The notes under the pieces are model-generated. The model was not told the origin of the DNA. It made no database searches and saw nothing but the letters and a program-made list of their open reading frames with translations. Shown piece by piece: positions 22,286 to 33,674 of a stretch of DNA of 44,174 bases. Made by a program: the position numbers and the translations under genes. The DNA is from Scyliorhinus canicula. Taxonomy: Eukaryota. Location: the NCBI RefSeq assembly GCF_902713615.1, contig NC_052158.1:23948372-23992545 (forward strand), in the 5' to 3' direction. Position 1 is the first letter of the stretch. The number at the start of each line of letters is the position of its first letter.

Positions 22286-22631
22286 GGGCAGCACGGTAGC
22301 ATGGTGGTTAGCATAAATGCTTCACAGCTCCTGGGTCCCATGTTCGATTCCCGGCTGGGTCACTGTCTGTGCGGAGACTGCACGTCCTCCCCGTGTGTGC
22401 GTGGGTTTCCTCCGGGTGCTCCGGTTTCCTCCCACAGTCCAAAGATGTGCGTGTTAGGTGGATTGGCCATGCCAAATTGCCCGTAGTGTCCTAAAATGTA
22501 AGTTTAAGGGGGGGGGGGGGTTGTTGGGTTACAGGTATAGGGTGGATATGTGGGTTTGAGTAGGGTGATCATTGCTCGGCACAACATCGAGGGCCGATGG
22601 GCCTGTTCTGTGCTGTACTGTTCTATGCTCT
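22286..22631 (+). mobile_element. HE1-type V-SINE, full length
   Basis: GGGCAGCACGGTAGCATGGTGGTTAGC head through GCTGTACTGTTCTATG tail. Confidence 0.95.
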
Positions 22632-22663
22632 AAACTTTCTACATATCAAATGAATTAATACTA

Positions 22664-22885
22664 GGGCAGCACGGTGGCCTAGTGGTTAGCACAGCTGCCT
22701 CACGACACTGAGGGCCAATGTTCGATCCCGGCTCTAGGTCATTGTCCATGTGGAGTTTGCACATTGTCCCCGTGTCTGCGTGGGTGTAACCCAAAAATGT
22801 GGAGAGTTGGTGGATTGGCCATGCTAAATTGCCCCATAATCTAAATTTTGAAAAATACAATAAAAAATGAAAAATAAAATAAATT
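22664..22885 (+). mobile_element. Poly(A)-type V-SINE
   Basis: GGGCAGCACGGTGGCCTAGTGGTTAGC head, shortened V-domain, A-rich tail. Confidence 0.9.
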
Positions 22886-22994
22886 AAATGAATAGTATGG
22901 TCAATGAATGTAAGTGGTTCTGTGATACTTAAACACGTATGCAGTGCTTGCCTTGTTTGACTGAAAATATCAAACATAATTTTTCTTTGGCTTT

Positions 22995-25025
22995 TGTAAT
23001 TTTCTTGTTGGATGGCCTGGTTTATTATTAGAACACTTTTTTCCGAACCTATACCCGGATTATAAACAGCAGCTGCGGATCAACCGTATCCAGAGCAACG
23101 GATGAATAACAGTATGAACAAGCAGAAAGCACTATCTCTCTGAGCTCCCGAATAAACCTGAGGTCACCTGGTACCAACATTCACTGATTGACCAGTAAGA
23201 CTTCTGGTGGTCAGTCGGTGAATAACAACGCAACCACGATATCACTACAAAATATTTCCTTTGAAGGATTAAATGAATACATTGTCATCAGTATATGTAC
23301 ATGAGTTATCAGTAGTCAGTTAATCCAACAGAATTAATTCGTTAATTCTTTCAACAGGTTTCACAAATATATATAAATATATAGTTAAATAAATGGATAG
23401 TTTGATCTAATTAAGTCTATCAAATTTTCTTCTGACTGGCTGATCTTCTCAAGGTTTCACCTTGTTACTCAGAAATTGTAGATTCAATGTTCTCGATTAC
23501 ATTTTCATGCTGAACTATCTGACGCTGCAGCTTAAGTTGATTCTGACGTTGGTGTGACAGCCTTCTTTGATTTTCAAAAGCGAGCAATGGTTTCTTCTTA
23601 AAACCAACCTTCCTTTATCTGTACCCTGTCGGGACGAGGTGCAACTTATTCAATTAGAATGGCTTTTCTCGACCAATTGACTGTTCTCACAAAATCATCA
23701 GTACCCAGATGTGGTAACGTTCTAGACACTCTATCATAGAAGTGCTTTTGTTCTGCATTTCCTGCACTTCCGCTGCATTCTACTTCTTATCCTCCGATGG
23801 AACTGAGGCACGCAATCTTCTATTCATAGGTAGCTCTGCTGGCGGTCAACCATGTAACAATGGTAATGCTTTACACCGTGAATCTGCATCAGATTGGATG
23901 GCCATTGCTTTTTGTCATGATAGTTTTAAAATATGTGCACATTTTGCGTTATGATCTTTGTGATCCATACATATCCGAGCAACACCATTTTTTTTGTTTC
24001 ACACATACGATGGAATTTACCCAATTGGTAGGCTCTTCTATCGTGGTGGTAACTAGTGCGAACTTTTCATGCCTTTTTGGGGGAAAAAAGGGTAACTGGA
24101 GTGCATTCCTCCAAACGCTTTCCGACAAGTTCGCGCCGCCATTACTAAGAAACGTTTTAGAATGCGATGCTGAGCTCGTGAGCATGACAAATGTTAACCT
24201 AGTTCCAAACATAGCTGCAGTTCTCTCAGCGTAATTCCATTTAAACCAATCACAATTTGCTCCCGAATCCCGGCAGATTCCACCGCAGAATGGGTGAAAA
24301 AGATAAATTATCTTTTAACTTTCAATCAGTGATGACATGATACATCACTTCTTCTATCTTCTGTAAACATGAATCTAAAACCGTAGAGTTCAGAATTATA
24401 ATTCTTTCAGGAGGTGCAATGTTCTTCAAATGTTTGAGTTGCTTGTTGAAACGTTTCCTATCTTCATCGGTTGTAAATTTAAACGTTTTAAACACATAAA
24501 TTGTTTCGGGTCCTGCAGCTGTTTGGATCATCGCTAACGGAAATCTTATTGATCTCCTAAATTTACTGCAGTCTGAGATAGATGAAATTGTTGTTTCAAC
24601 ACAGGGCAGTTGCTGTCCACATTAGCATGAAATCTGAAACTCATTAGTGGCTTCAACGACGCCATTCTTTTAATTCTTGCAGTCTGCAAAATCTTCAAGC
24701 ATCTGTGAAAGTCGTGGCAGGCTGACAGTTTTTTTCTCAGGATTGAACACCATCCAAGCCTGGCACCATTTAATGTTCTTGTCGGATGGCCGGATTTACA
24801 TTAGAAGAACACTGTCGCTAAATATATATTAAATTTTTTTTATCATTAACTGTGGGTCAAATATATACGAAACAGCAGATTAATAATTGTATGACCATGC
24901 ACAAACCACTACTTTTCCCAGCTCTCTAGTCAGTCTCAGGTCATGTGAATCTAAAATTGACTTATACAATAATGAGACTCTTGTCTGCAGTGTGTGAATT
25001 ACAACACAATCATGATTTCGTTACA
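22995..25025 (-). mobile_element. Old, internally deleted Ty3/Gypsy LTR retrotransposon
   Basis: Diverged LTRs 22995-23249 and 24769-25025 (T(G/T)TAAT..TCTTGT.GGATGGCC ... TACA). PBS-like TGGTGCCA on minus at 24761-24768. gag-like AGPETIYVFKTFKFTTDEDRKRF (24322-24531); RT N-terminus-like IEEPTNWVNSIVCVKQK (23949-24212). No intact TSD. Confidence 0.82.
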
Positions 25026-25462
25026 GTGCATGCCTTCTTTGGTTAAAATATGAAACATACTTTCCCTTTGGTTTTTCGCAACAAGGAAAGTACCTGGAGT
25101 AGGCAAAGAACTGATGCTCGAAAACAAAATGTACAGCTTCCAACGTTGGATGTGATTACACGAGTGGAGATCAGGCAAACATAATTGAGCTCAAAATTGC
25201 ATTGGAATCGAATTTTCAGATGGCAATCTGCTTTAATAACACATGCTCGTCGTTATATATGTGCAATAACGGAGCCGGTCGTTTGTATACACATGGTCCA
25301 GCTCCACACATTGTACCTTTTTTAAATTTTTGAGAGGCTTGGAGGAATAAACATCACGTTTTTCATGCCACCAATCAGCATCGACCTATCTCTTTGGATT
25401 TAGCAAGAACTTGATAATGACATATTTCCTGGTGTATTCTCCAAGCAAACGCAGGTAATCAT

Positions 25463-25840
25463 TGTGGTAGCATTGTGTATAGCACAATCGCTTCACAGCT
25501 CCAGGGTCCCATGTCGATTCCGGCTTGGGTAACTGTCTGTGCGGAGTCTGCACATCCTCCGCGTGTGTGCGTGGGTTTCCTCCGGGTGCTCCGGTTTCCT
25601 CCCACAGTCCAAGGATGTGCAAGTTAGGTGGATTGGACATGATAAATTTCCCTTAGAGTCCAAAATTGCCCTTAGTGTTGTGTGTGGTAACTGGGTTATG
25701 GGGATAGGGTGGATCTGTTAACCTTGGGTAGGGTGTTCTTTCCAGGAGCTGGTGCAGATTCCATGGGCCGAATGGCCTCCTTCTCCTAGAATAGAATATA
25801 ATTTACAGTGCAGAAGGAGCCCATTCTATGTAAATTCTAT
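25463..25840 (+). mobile_element. HE1-type V-SINE (second tail subtype)
   Basis: V-domain plus tail GGTGCAGATTCCATGGGCCGAATGGCCTCCTTCT; colinear with 42604-42950. Confidence 0.93.
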
Positions 25841-26093
25841 GATATATGATCAGCATCCACTTGTCAAACCTTCTTAATCTGCAGAAGAAATTGTTGTATG
25901 CCTACAATTAGTATTCTTGACTATCTGTTCTCATGAGTGGAAGAGAAAAATCTTCGGCATCATTCAGTAATAATCAATAGTTTTGAAGTGAAATAATTAG
26001 AAACCGAAGCTCCTTCTTCATTAAACATTTAGATCTTCGGGATTTCCGGCGGAGAGTGTGAAAGAGCTGAACTTTCCACAACTGGGTTAGCGT

Positions 26094-26303
26094 TTTTATT
26101 AATTTAGAGTACGCTATTACTTTTTTTCCACAATTAAGGGTCAACGTAGTGCAACAAATGCTCCAAACTTTGTCATCTTTGGGTTGTGAGGTGTGAAGCC
26201 CGAGAACACACGGGGACAATTCGACACTGACCCATGGCCGGGATCGAACTCAGTTTCTGATCACCGTAGGCAGCAGGGCTAACAGTGCGCCACTGTGGCA
26301 CCC
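26094..26303 (-). mobile_element. Degenerate poly(A)-type V-SINE
   Basis: TTTTTATTAATTTAGAGTAC...CAATTAAGGG...GGCCGGGATCGAAC. Confidence 0.82.
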
Positions 26304-28224
26304 TAAATCGGTGAGCATTGAAATGTATTTTCTGATAAAAATGGGTTTTTGTGGAGAATGGTCGTGGAGCAGGATATCAGAGACGCAACGATATGCTGAA
26401 AATGTAATGATGGGGATGATACTTTAATGGTGGCATCTAGATGCAGGTGTAGGCTATGATATGGAATGGCCTTGACCTGTAGCGATCATTATTGTTTGCG
26501 ATTTTGTCCAAATAATTACAGAGAAATTGAGCAAGTGAAGGTAAGTGTAGATGGAAAACCACTTGAAAGTGAGAGGAGACTGAAAATTGAAGGAAGTTTC
26601 CAATCCATGGCGAGAGAAGACGTCATATTGGTTACTCCAAAGTGAACAGAAAATGGAAAGCAGTTGAAGGAGGCGCCATGAGTAGGATTGGAAGAAAACA
26701 TCTTCCATTTAGTACAAATAAATAAAGGCATAATTGGGGCACAGGCAGACAGAAATTATGTCTTGTTTTAATTCGAGCAAGGCAAATGACAACGTGGTAA
26801 CATCTATAATGAGATAACAAATTCAGGAAGTTATTGGATTATCAGGGACATTAAAAATTTGGTGGATGCCCGTTGAAGTTTGAGGTGGAAAACTGTTTGC
26901 CCGCTGATGGGAATTTATCAGTAGACAGAACTTTTCCGTCCGGGTGAAGAGGCGAAGCGTGGGCTAGCAGGGACATGGGACGTTGTATTGTGAGGGAGGC
27001 GTTCAGAAGCGACATGGACTATTTGTTTGCAAGCTTTAGAGTGACGTTCTGGCGAAAATATTAAGTCAATGACAGGCGTAGGTGAAATAGCTTGTTGCTG
27101 CTCGGTGGCCCTTTCTGATGAAAAGTTATAATGCAGTATCATCGAACAGGTTCTTAACCTATCCGAGATAGAACTTTGCGGGAGTGAAATCTTTATCTTT
27201 TTAATTATGTTTTGTTAGTCTTACCGCTGCTCTCAAAGCTTCAAGGTTTCTAGGTTATTTCCCCTGAATTAATTTTCACCGTAGAAGTATAAATCACACT
27301 CACGTCATTTTTACTGCAACAGCAACCGTGTACTGCTCTCTAATGATCGGTATATTTGGGAGATTTTAACAGCTTTTCTGTGTATTAGTTGATGACTGTA
27401 TGTGAGAATGGAAATATGGGTTTTGGCAGAATTGGAGAAGTAAGTTAAGATCACTTCGAAGGTATGTATGGTTTTGGGTGTGTGAGGAGATAGAATGGCA
27501 AATTGGTAAGACTTTCTGTTCGGTAAGGCGTTTCGATGTCTCATGCAGCAGGTGGTTAGTGTGGCATATTTGACGATTAGTGGGGTAGGAGGTTGCCTAT
27601 TGCATAGCCTTGATGGTGATTTAGGTTCTTCATAGGTAGAGTTGCTTGTGGATATGTTGGTCGGTCAGTAAATGAGGAGATGTTTAGTTTGGTAGGATGG
27701 TCAAGTACTTGATGACAAAGATGATAGCTTGGTAGTTTAGCAACATGGTCGGTAGGTACGATAGCGTGTTTACTTGTGGAAAGGGAATAATTTTCTACGA
27801 TTTCAGCTTTGCTGAGTGCTGGATAATTAGTGTGTCAAGATGTGTAAAGTGTTGATTGTGAGGTATAAGTTGGCTCGGTTTGAAGGTGGGTGGTGTAGTG
27901 CTGGCTTAGGATGGCGGGTGGAAAATTGAAAGTTCCGTCTGGAATCAAGAGGATTGGATATGAGGCGGTAGGTTTTTATGTGTGTTCTGGTCGCAGTTGA
28001 AGCGAGCGGTATTTGAGTACGGTGGCATCCAGGCAGGAATGTATCGGCGTCGGCTGGTGCAGCTCCGTTTGGGTGAGGTTACAGATGTGAAACTTGATAG
28101 GCGGGCAAAGTGAGCAAGTGACAGTTTGTGGAGTTGGGACGTGAGTCGCTGGCTGGTGGATGCGGTGGTACATCAGTAGTGTTGCTATTAGTTGTGTTTG
28201 ATAAGGCATGTCAGGCCATATGAT

Positions 28225-29930
28225 AACAATGAGCAAAGAACAAGGAAAGGTATAGCAAAGGAACAGGCACTTCGGCTCTGCAAGCCAGCACCGAGCATGC
28301 TGCCCATCTAACGTGAAACATTTTACCCTTCTTGGGCCAGTATCCTTCTATTCCCATGCTGTTCATGTATTTGTTAGGCCATCCCTTAATCGTCATGATC
28401 TAACCTACTTCCGCCAACTCATTTGGCAGCAAGTTCCAGGCACCCACAGCACTCTCTGTTAATAGCATCTATCGCACACACCCTCTAAACTTTGCTCCTC
28501 GGAACTGAAATCTATGTGCCCAAGTAATTGAAATTTGCACACTGGGCAAAAGGTGCTGACTATGCACTCTGCCCATGCCCCTGAGAATTGTGTATACTTC
28601 TATTACGCTGGCCCTCAATCTCGGCCATTCCGAAGAGAACAAACCAAGTTTATCTAACCTCTCTTCATAGCCAATACCCTCCATAACACTCAACGTGCTG
28701 TTAAACCTCTTCTGTACCTTCCCAAAGCTTCTACATTCTTCTGCTTGTGTGGCTACCATAATTTGACCCTATATTCCAAGTGAAGCTGAACTAAGGTTCT
28801 CTATAGATGGAGGATGTCTTGGAAATCGTTATACCTAATGCTGCGGCTGAAGAAGGAAGCTATACCGTATTCCTTCCTGACATCCTTCTCCTCCTGTGTT
28901 GCCACTTTCAGTGACCTGCGGACCTCTGCACCCAGTTCTCTCTGCCTGTCCATACTCTTCACGGTGCTGCCATTTACTGTATATTTCTCATCCGATTCGA
29001 CCTTGTAAAATGCATTACCTGACATTTGTCCGGTTTAGACTCCATCTACACTTTCGCCTCACAAGTCTCGATCGACCAAAATCCTGTTGTATCCTCTAAC
29101 CGTCGTCTGGTTAATCAGCAATTCCACAAACCCGTGTGTTTTCGCAAAACTTACTAATCAGACCAGTTACATTTTCCTGCAAATCATTTATGTACTGAAA
29201 AGAACAAAGCTCCCACCACTGAGCGCTGTGGACCACTACCCACACCAGTCCATTCTGAAAAACATCCTCCCACTACTACCCGCTGTCGTTTACGATTCAG
29301 CCAGTTCTGTCTCCACCCTATAAGTTTATCAGTGATCCCATATGATTTCACCTTCTGTACCAGTCTGTCACGAGGGACCTTGTCAAAGACTCAATAAAGT
29401 TCATATGGACACCATTCACTGTATTGCCTTCATCAATCAATTTTCTCAATTCCTCGAAAAATGCGATCAAGCTCGTGATGCACCTTACCGTTGAAAACAC
29501 CATTCTACATCTCGCTTGACACATCCACATGCTTCCAAATGATCGTAAATCCTGTCTCAAAGAACCCTTTCCATTAATTTCCTGTGATTTCCTCAATTAT
29601 GGCAGATAACTTTCTGAAACAAAGGTACAACATTAGCAACTCTCCTGTCCTCTGAGTCCTCACCTTTCGCCAGTGAGGATAGAAATATTCCTGTCAACGC
29701 GCCAACGTTTTCCTCACTTGTCCCCCGCATTCTGTGATTGAACCCATAAGGCTCTGTGTACTAATCTACCTTAATGTTTGTCAATACCCCAGCAGCTCCT
29801 CGGTTTTGATCTCAATATGACCCAGGCAACCTACTAATCCTTCTCCAGACGAACCAGCCACGAAGTCATTTAGAACCTCGCCCACTTCCTCTGGCTCCAT
29901 GCACTTATTTCCTCACATTTCATTGATGAT
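28225..29930 (-). mobile_element. Decayed CR1 LINE, 3' portion
   Basis: ORFs 28469-28759 (VQKRFN...YEERLDKLGLFS), 28801-29025 (QRELGAEVRRSLKVATQ), 29348-29596 (CITSLIAFFEEL...VHMNF). Confidence 0.92.
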
Positions 29931-30327
29931 CTTTGCTTTTGAAGGTGCGCTGCTTGAGCTGCTCTAATTTGGTAACGAATTTGTCAAATCGCGATTTCAT
30001 CTTGCGATACGCTGTCATTGTCAGGAGATCGGAGGTGGAATATACGGCAGTACCCTTCATGGCTAGTCGGTGGTGTCTGAGGGTAACTGATGGATACGGG
30101 ACTTGTTTGTGGTCAGTTTGTGTTTGGGCGAAGAAGGGTTGTGGCTCAATCCATAGTTACACATCATTAAATGTCAGGTTTTCCTTCATGATCTTCTGTG
30201 CAATTACCTGTGAGGTAATTTGGATCTGCCTGAAGTTGTGACTCAGAGTTATAGATTGCCACATCTTCGGAGGTCGGTGGCGCTGTGGGAGCTGAAGTGA
30301 TCCCGAGAAGCCAGGGAGTAGTCCGCC

Positions 30328-30551
30328 TTTTGTTTACCTTTAGAGTACCTAATTATTTTACTTCCAATTAAGAGGTAATTTAGCGTGGCCAATTCACCTA
30401 CCTTGCACATCTTTGGTTTCTGGTGGTGAAACCCAGGCAGATATGGGGAGGATGTGCAAACTCCAAATTCACAGTGACCAAGGGCCCGGATTCGAAACAG
30501 GGTCCTGAGCGCCGCAGTTAAAGTGCAGACCACTGTGCCACATGCAGGCCC
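30328..30551 (-). mobile_element. Poly(A)-type V-SINE
   Basis: TTTAGAGTACCTAATT...CCAATTAAGAGGTAATTTAGCGTGGCCAATTCACCTACCTTGCACATCTTTGG. Confidence 0.88.
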
Positions 30552-30744
30552 AGGAATTGTCCATCATAACTTGATTCTCCGGAGGGAATTTCTCTTCCGT
30601 CAAAGTATTCAGATTTCTGAGAGTTTTTTCAGTCTCCAGACATCGTGAGCTCTGGGCCAGTAGTTGACCAGCTGTTTTATTTTACATAAGTCACGTTGTC
30701 CTTCAAAATTGCATATTTTGTGGAAAGAACGTCTTGCTATTTCC

Positions 30745-32050
30745 ATTATCCTGATGTTTCCTGTATCACTTGCTTTATGTGAATTCATTTATGTGAACAA
30801 TGTGACTTTTGCAACTTTCGTGCCGTGAGCGGTGTGTTCTCTGAACGAGATTGCTTGAACATTGTGTATTTTCTCTGTTAGGAGCTGCGGGAAGAGAGTG
30901 CTGCCTGGTATCTTGCCGGGCACTTGGCGTGCTCTGCAGAAATTTCGCAAGAACGATGCATTGGTGAAATTTAGTTTAAGTGCAGATATCTAATCGCTCC
31001 AGTGGAATATTGACATTCCTTTACAGAACTGGACAGAAACAAAAACGCACCGTGGTGCATTGAGTCTCGTGAGCAACGTGAATTCTTCAATCTACGAACG
31101 CGATTGCTGTACTTATTCTGAAATTAACAGTGCGGTATCGTGCTAGTACCGTGGCAACTTCTCCCTGAGCACGTTAGCGTGTGAAAAATGCAATTCTCGC
31201 GATCGCTCGTGTGAGCGTTGTACATTCTTTGAACTCGAGATTCTGAGTACGATCTGTTTCTCTGAACACAGTAGTGCGGCATTGTACACTTGCCGATGTA
31301 GGTGTAAAACGTTCTCAGTATTTCAACTGATTAATGTGAGCATCGAAAGCTCTCGGAACATGGCAGTTTGTGCGCTACATATTTTCTGAGCTCCATACTC
31401 CAAACAACGTTCATTCTCTGATTTATTGAATTTGATTAGTGTAGATTATCTGAATTTGCTGACTGATGAAGACACGTTCTCTGAACGCCCAAGTTTGAGC
31501 ACTATATAGAACAGTACAGCACAGAACAGGCCCTTCGGCCCTCAATGTTGTGCCGAGCCATGATCACCCTACACTAACCCACGTATCCACCCTATACTCG
31601 TAACCCAACAACCCCCCCCCCCTTAACCTTACTTTTATTAGGACACTACGGGCAATTTAGCATGGCCAATCCACCTAACCCGCACATCTTTGGACTGTGG
31701 GAGGAAACCGGAGCACCCGGAGGAAACCCACGCACACAGGGGGAGGACGTGCAGACTCCACACAGACAGTGACCCAGCCGGGAATCGAACCTGGGACCCT
31801 GGAGCTGTGAAGCATTTATGCTAACCACCATGCTACCCTGCTGCCCCTATATGATCGGTTAATTCTGAATTTTGCGCTGTCTCAAATTTCAGTTTTGAGC
31901 GTTCTGCTTTCTTGGAACTCAACAGCGTGAAGACTGTATTTATGAAGAAACACAAAATAACTGCCCTGAAATATCTGAATTAATCAGATAAGCAGTGTAA
32001 GCAACTGCATTCATTGGGCGCCCCACGTCGCGCATGTGAGCGGGTTCACT
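30745..32050. repeat. Highly degenerate ~32-33-bp minisatellite, interrupted by a SINE
   Basis: Consecutive units 31194-31224 TTCTCGCGATCGCTCGTGTGAGCGTTGTACA, 31225-31257 TTCTTTGAACTCGAGATTCTGAGTACGATCTGT, 31258-31289 TTCTCTGAACACAGTAGTGCGGCATTGTACAC; similar TTCTCTGAA...GTGAGC motifs on both sides. Confidence 0.65.
31508..31846 (-). mobile_element. Young HE1-type V-SINE with 6-bp TSD
   Basis: Intact head, V-domain and tail; CTATAT at 31502-31507 and 31847-31852. Confidence 0.95.
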
Positions 32051-32834
32051 TTACAAATAGTGAAACAGGTACATTAATTGGAAAGTTTCCCTGTACAGAA
32101 GAAGGGAACTATTTTGGTAAAATCTGCAAGTCTCTTCTAAACACTCCGTGATCCGAAGCACTCCATTGTCCGAAGTGTATGAAACCTTTACATGGAGAGA
32201 AAACATGTTTAGCACTATTGGTCATGGGATGGTGTACAGTTACATGGTTGTATTATATACTCTGGTTTGTTCTCCTTACAACAGAGACCAGGTAAAATTG
32301 AATTGATGGTCATGGTTGAGATCATAAGTTGTTTTGAGAAAACAAATAATACAAACTATTCCAATGGCTGAAACGTTTTCCAGCAGAGATGTGGTATGTT
32401 GGTGAACTGGAAAAGAAGGCAAAAATGTTAGAAATAGAAAAAATATATTTTGCGAGACCGTGTTTGATGGTGGTGAAGACGTATTCTGGGGGAAAATGTA
32501 AATGCAGAATTCAGGAACACCACCGTCACACGAACTCTTTTCCCAACACGTACCAACAACCTAGATGCAATAAGATTAAGAACTCAGTCACACATTTGGA
32601 TGCGTTGTTCACTCAAAAACGCAGCCTAAATTAATACTGTCGCCTCCCCCAACAGATCATAATTTGAAAAGTAAACAAGCAGGTACATCCGTTGAAAGTG
32701 TACATTTTAACATTGCATCGGACGTAAAACCTGTCAGGAAATTCGGGGTACATGCTTATCTTTGATGTATGCATGTAATGTATCAGAAGAATCGGAAAGA
32801 CATTAATTTGTACATATTCCTGTTATTACTTTAG

Positions 32835-32861
32835 AACTTGATGACCATATCAGAAGCGATG
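32835..32861 (+). CDS. Candidate 27-nt phase-1 microexon, (E)LDDHIRSD
   Basis: Acceptor ttcctgttattactttag, donor ATG|gtgagt. Confidence 0.48.
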
Positions 32862-33624
32862 GTGAGTATTGGAAATTAAAGGTAAATAGTTTACGTGTCT
32901 GGGATCAAATCAAATTCCATCGATGTAAAATGGATTTCAGCACGAACTGGGATTATTTAAAGCAACCAACCTCTCTAGAGACTGCAGAGATCAGGTGCAA
33001 ATTTCAGTTGACATCGCCAATGGTGTTACACTGCATTGAATTTGGAAATAACTTTATATATTTTCTTATGGACGCATTTCCAGGTTAACATGAATAATAT
33101 AACTGCCGGGCCTCGACCATCTTTTGATTTTGTCACAATTGCATTACTGTGTCTTTTCCCCAAATTGAACCTGCGTCATGGGCAATATTGTTTTCTTTTA
33201 GGTAATATGATTTACACCTCTGACAAATTATTTACCTTTATCTCAGATAACTATACTATTTGTGATTTTAACAACAGCTATGTGGCCTGCCGATGGATTC
33301 AGTTCAGTTGTTTTCAAACCGATAGATGTTCAAATTTATTTCGGTCAGTTCCTTTTCTGTGTATTTTGTTTTATATCCTCCCCTCGAAGGGCATCCAATG
33401 CATGCAAAACACACATTTTGCTGCACTTTATATTTATTCAGGAATTTATTTCGTGTTTTTATCACCCGATTTCGTAAACAAACACCTTGTGCGTGAGGTA
33501 ATAATACGATGATTGCTTTGGTTCACTCTGTATTCAACAGTTTGAATAGTTGAATGTGACAGATCGTATTCCAAGAATTCTTAAAGACCTTTATTTAAAA
33601 GGATGTTTTTATATTTTTCTGCAG

Positions 33625-33674
33625 TTTGCAGCAATGCAAAATCTTCCGCATACTCAGATCGTCACGCCATTTGA
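33625..33674 (+). CDS. Candidate short terminal exon, (V)CSNAKSSAYSDRHAI*
   Basis: Strong acceptor tttttatattttttctgcag; phase-1 continuation of the 32835 exon ending in TGA. Confidence 0.28.

Noticed and set aside
30745-32050. CRISPR-like array
   Set aside because: Units are contiguous and heavily diverged with no repeat-spacer alternation; vertebrate context; no cas genes.
33036-33512. 158-aa + strand ORF
   Set aside because: TTG start, composition typical of translated AT-rich intron (F/I/L/Y/N), no recognisable domain.
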